Positions 63,263 through 64,000 of a stretch of DNA of 64,000 nt are shown here, piece after piece (the stretch's first letter is position 1; each line of letters starts with the position of its first letter). The stretch is taken from NCBI GenBank assembly GCA_004431415.1, contig QPMI01000103.1, positions 62,001 through 126,000 on the forward strand, read 5' to 3'. The DNA comes from Cyanophora paradoxa CCMP329 (lineage: Eukaryota > Plantae > Glaucophyta). The notes beneath the pieces are model-generated. The model was not told where the DNA came from. It did no database searches and worked only from the letters and a program-made list of their open reading frames with translations. A program made the position numbers and the translations under genes.

Positions 63263-63844
63263 ATGCAGTCCCACGAGCCAGATAGAGCGCGTTCAGCAGC
63301 GCGCACAGATTTGCGCACGCCAAGCCCGGATTCTCGCGCGGAGCAGCAGGCGGAGCAATCGATATCGATATCGGACGCGAAAATCGATATCGCACCGGCC
63401 GCCGGCGAGGACGCGTATATCGCAATTGACTCGACGCCTCCGGAGTCTGCGCATGCCGCGGCCAAGCTCGCCGCCGACGGGCGCCCGCGCCCGAGCTCGA
63501 ACTCTCCCCGCCGAACACGGCGAACGAGGAAGCGAGAGTACCACGGGCAAGACCTGATCGGCCATGAGTGCGCACGATTGCGAGCCGCCGCGCGCCGCGG
63601 CGCGGGCATGCGCAAGGATTCGCGCCATGCATATTGCTCCGCCGGCGCCGCGGCGCCGCTCAAGCTTGCAATTGACAACACCTCTGTGCATGCGGCCAGG
63701 TGTGACGTCTGCGGGGCCTCTGGCGATACGGAGCTCTTCGTGAGCCAGTATTTCGCTGGCGAGCTTCGCTGCGAAAAATGCAGGTCCATCGCGGACCCAG
63801 GCGATCCGGTGCGCATGCGCAATGCCTTTTGGCATGGGTTGTAA
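63263..63844 (+). CDS. Intronless hypothetical ORF with a CxxC...CxxC putative zinc ribbon
   Basis: 193-aa ORF with RCDVCG..RCEKCR and a basic NLS-like RRTRRTRKR; no introns, unlike its neighbours. Confidence 0.4.
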   Translation: MQSHEPDRARSAARTDLRTPSPDSRAEQQAEQSISISDAKIDIAPAAGEDAYIAIDSTPPESAHAAAKLAADGRPRPSSNSPRRTRRTRKREYHGQDLIGHECARLRAAARRGAGMRKDSRHAYCSAGAAAPLKLAIDNTSVHAARCDVCGASGDTELFVSQYFAGELRCEKCRSIADPGDPVRMRNAFWHGL

Positions 63845-64000
63845 AAATTCAATTAATATTGATGAATTAGCCTAGTAGAGCACTGTCCAAAAATTTCTAA
63901 CCGTCGGATCGGACGCGCGCGCGCAGGACCGGACGCCCTGGGACGGGACGTGGGAGTCGCAGGATCCCGGCTCCTGGTCCAACCTGCACCTCCCCGGGCC

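Overview
Eukaryotic nuclear DNA from a GC-rich, intron-dense protist or alga (many 50-90 nt spliceosomal introns; the style recalls the glaucophyte Cyanophora, but that is only an impression). All gene models were spliced by hand, so internal exon boundaries are approximate. Three domains are visible. (1) 1-17.3 kb: one giant minus-strand gene, running off the left edge, for a secreted or surface protein with roughly 20 or more Cys-paired Ig-like repeats. (2) 17.5-29.5 kb: a nested transposon island holding two Tc1/mariner-type MITEs, a hAT MITE, two Helitron/Helentron-like non-autonomous elements, a tRNA-derived SINE, three LINE 3' fragments and a young gag-only LTR element. Its DNA carries many small templated palindromic insertions. 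(3) 29.8-64 kb: a very GC-rich gene cluster encoding a disordered protein, a PPPDE(DeSI)-PUL isopeptidase, an F-box protein, PRMT1, a small possibly ciliary protein, an RWP-RK+PB1-like transcription factor, a four-domain voltage-gated cation channel with an S/D/E/E filter, a five-AP2-domain protein, an LRR protein and an intronless CxxC/CxxC ORF. Most long ORFs in the supplied track are GC-driven artefacts or exon/intron mosaics.
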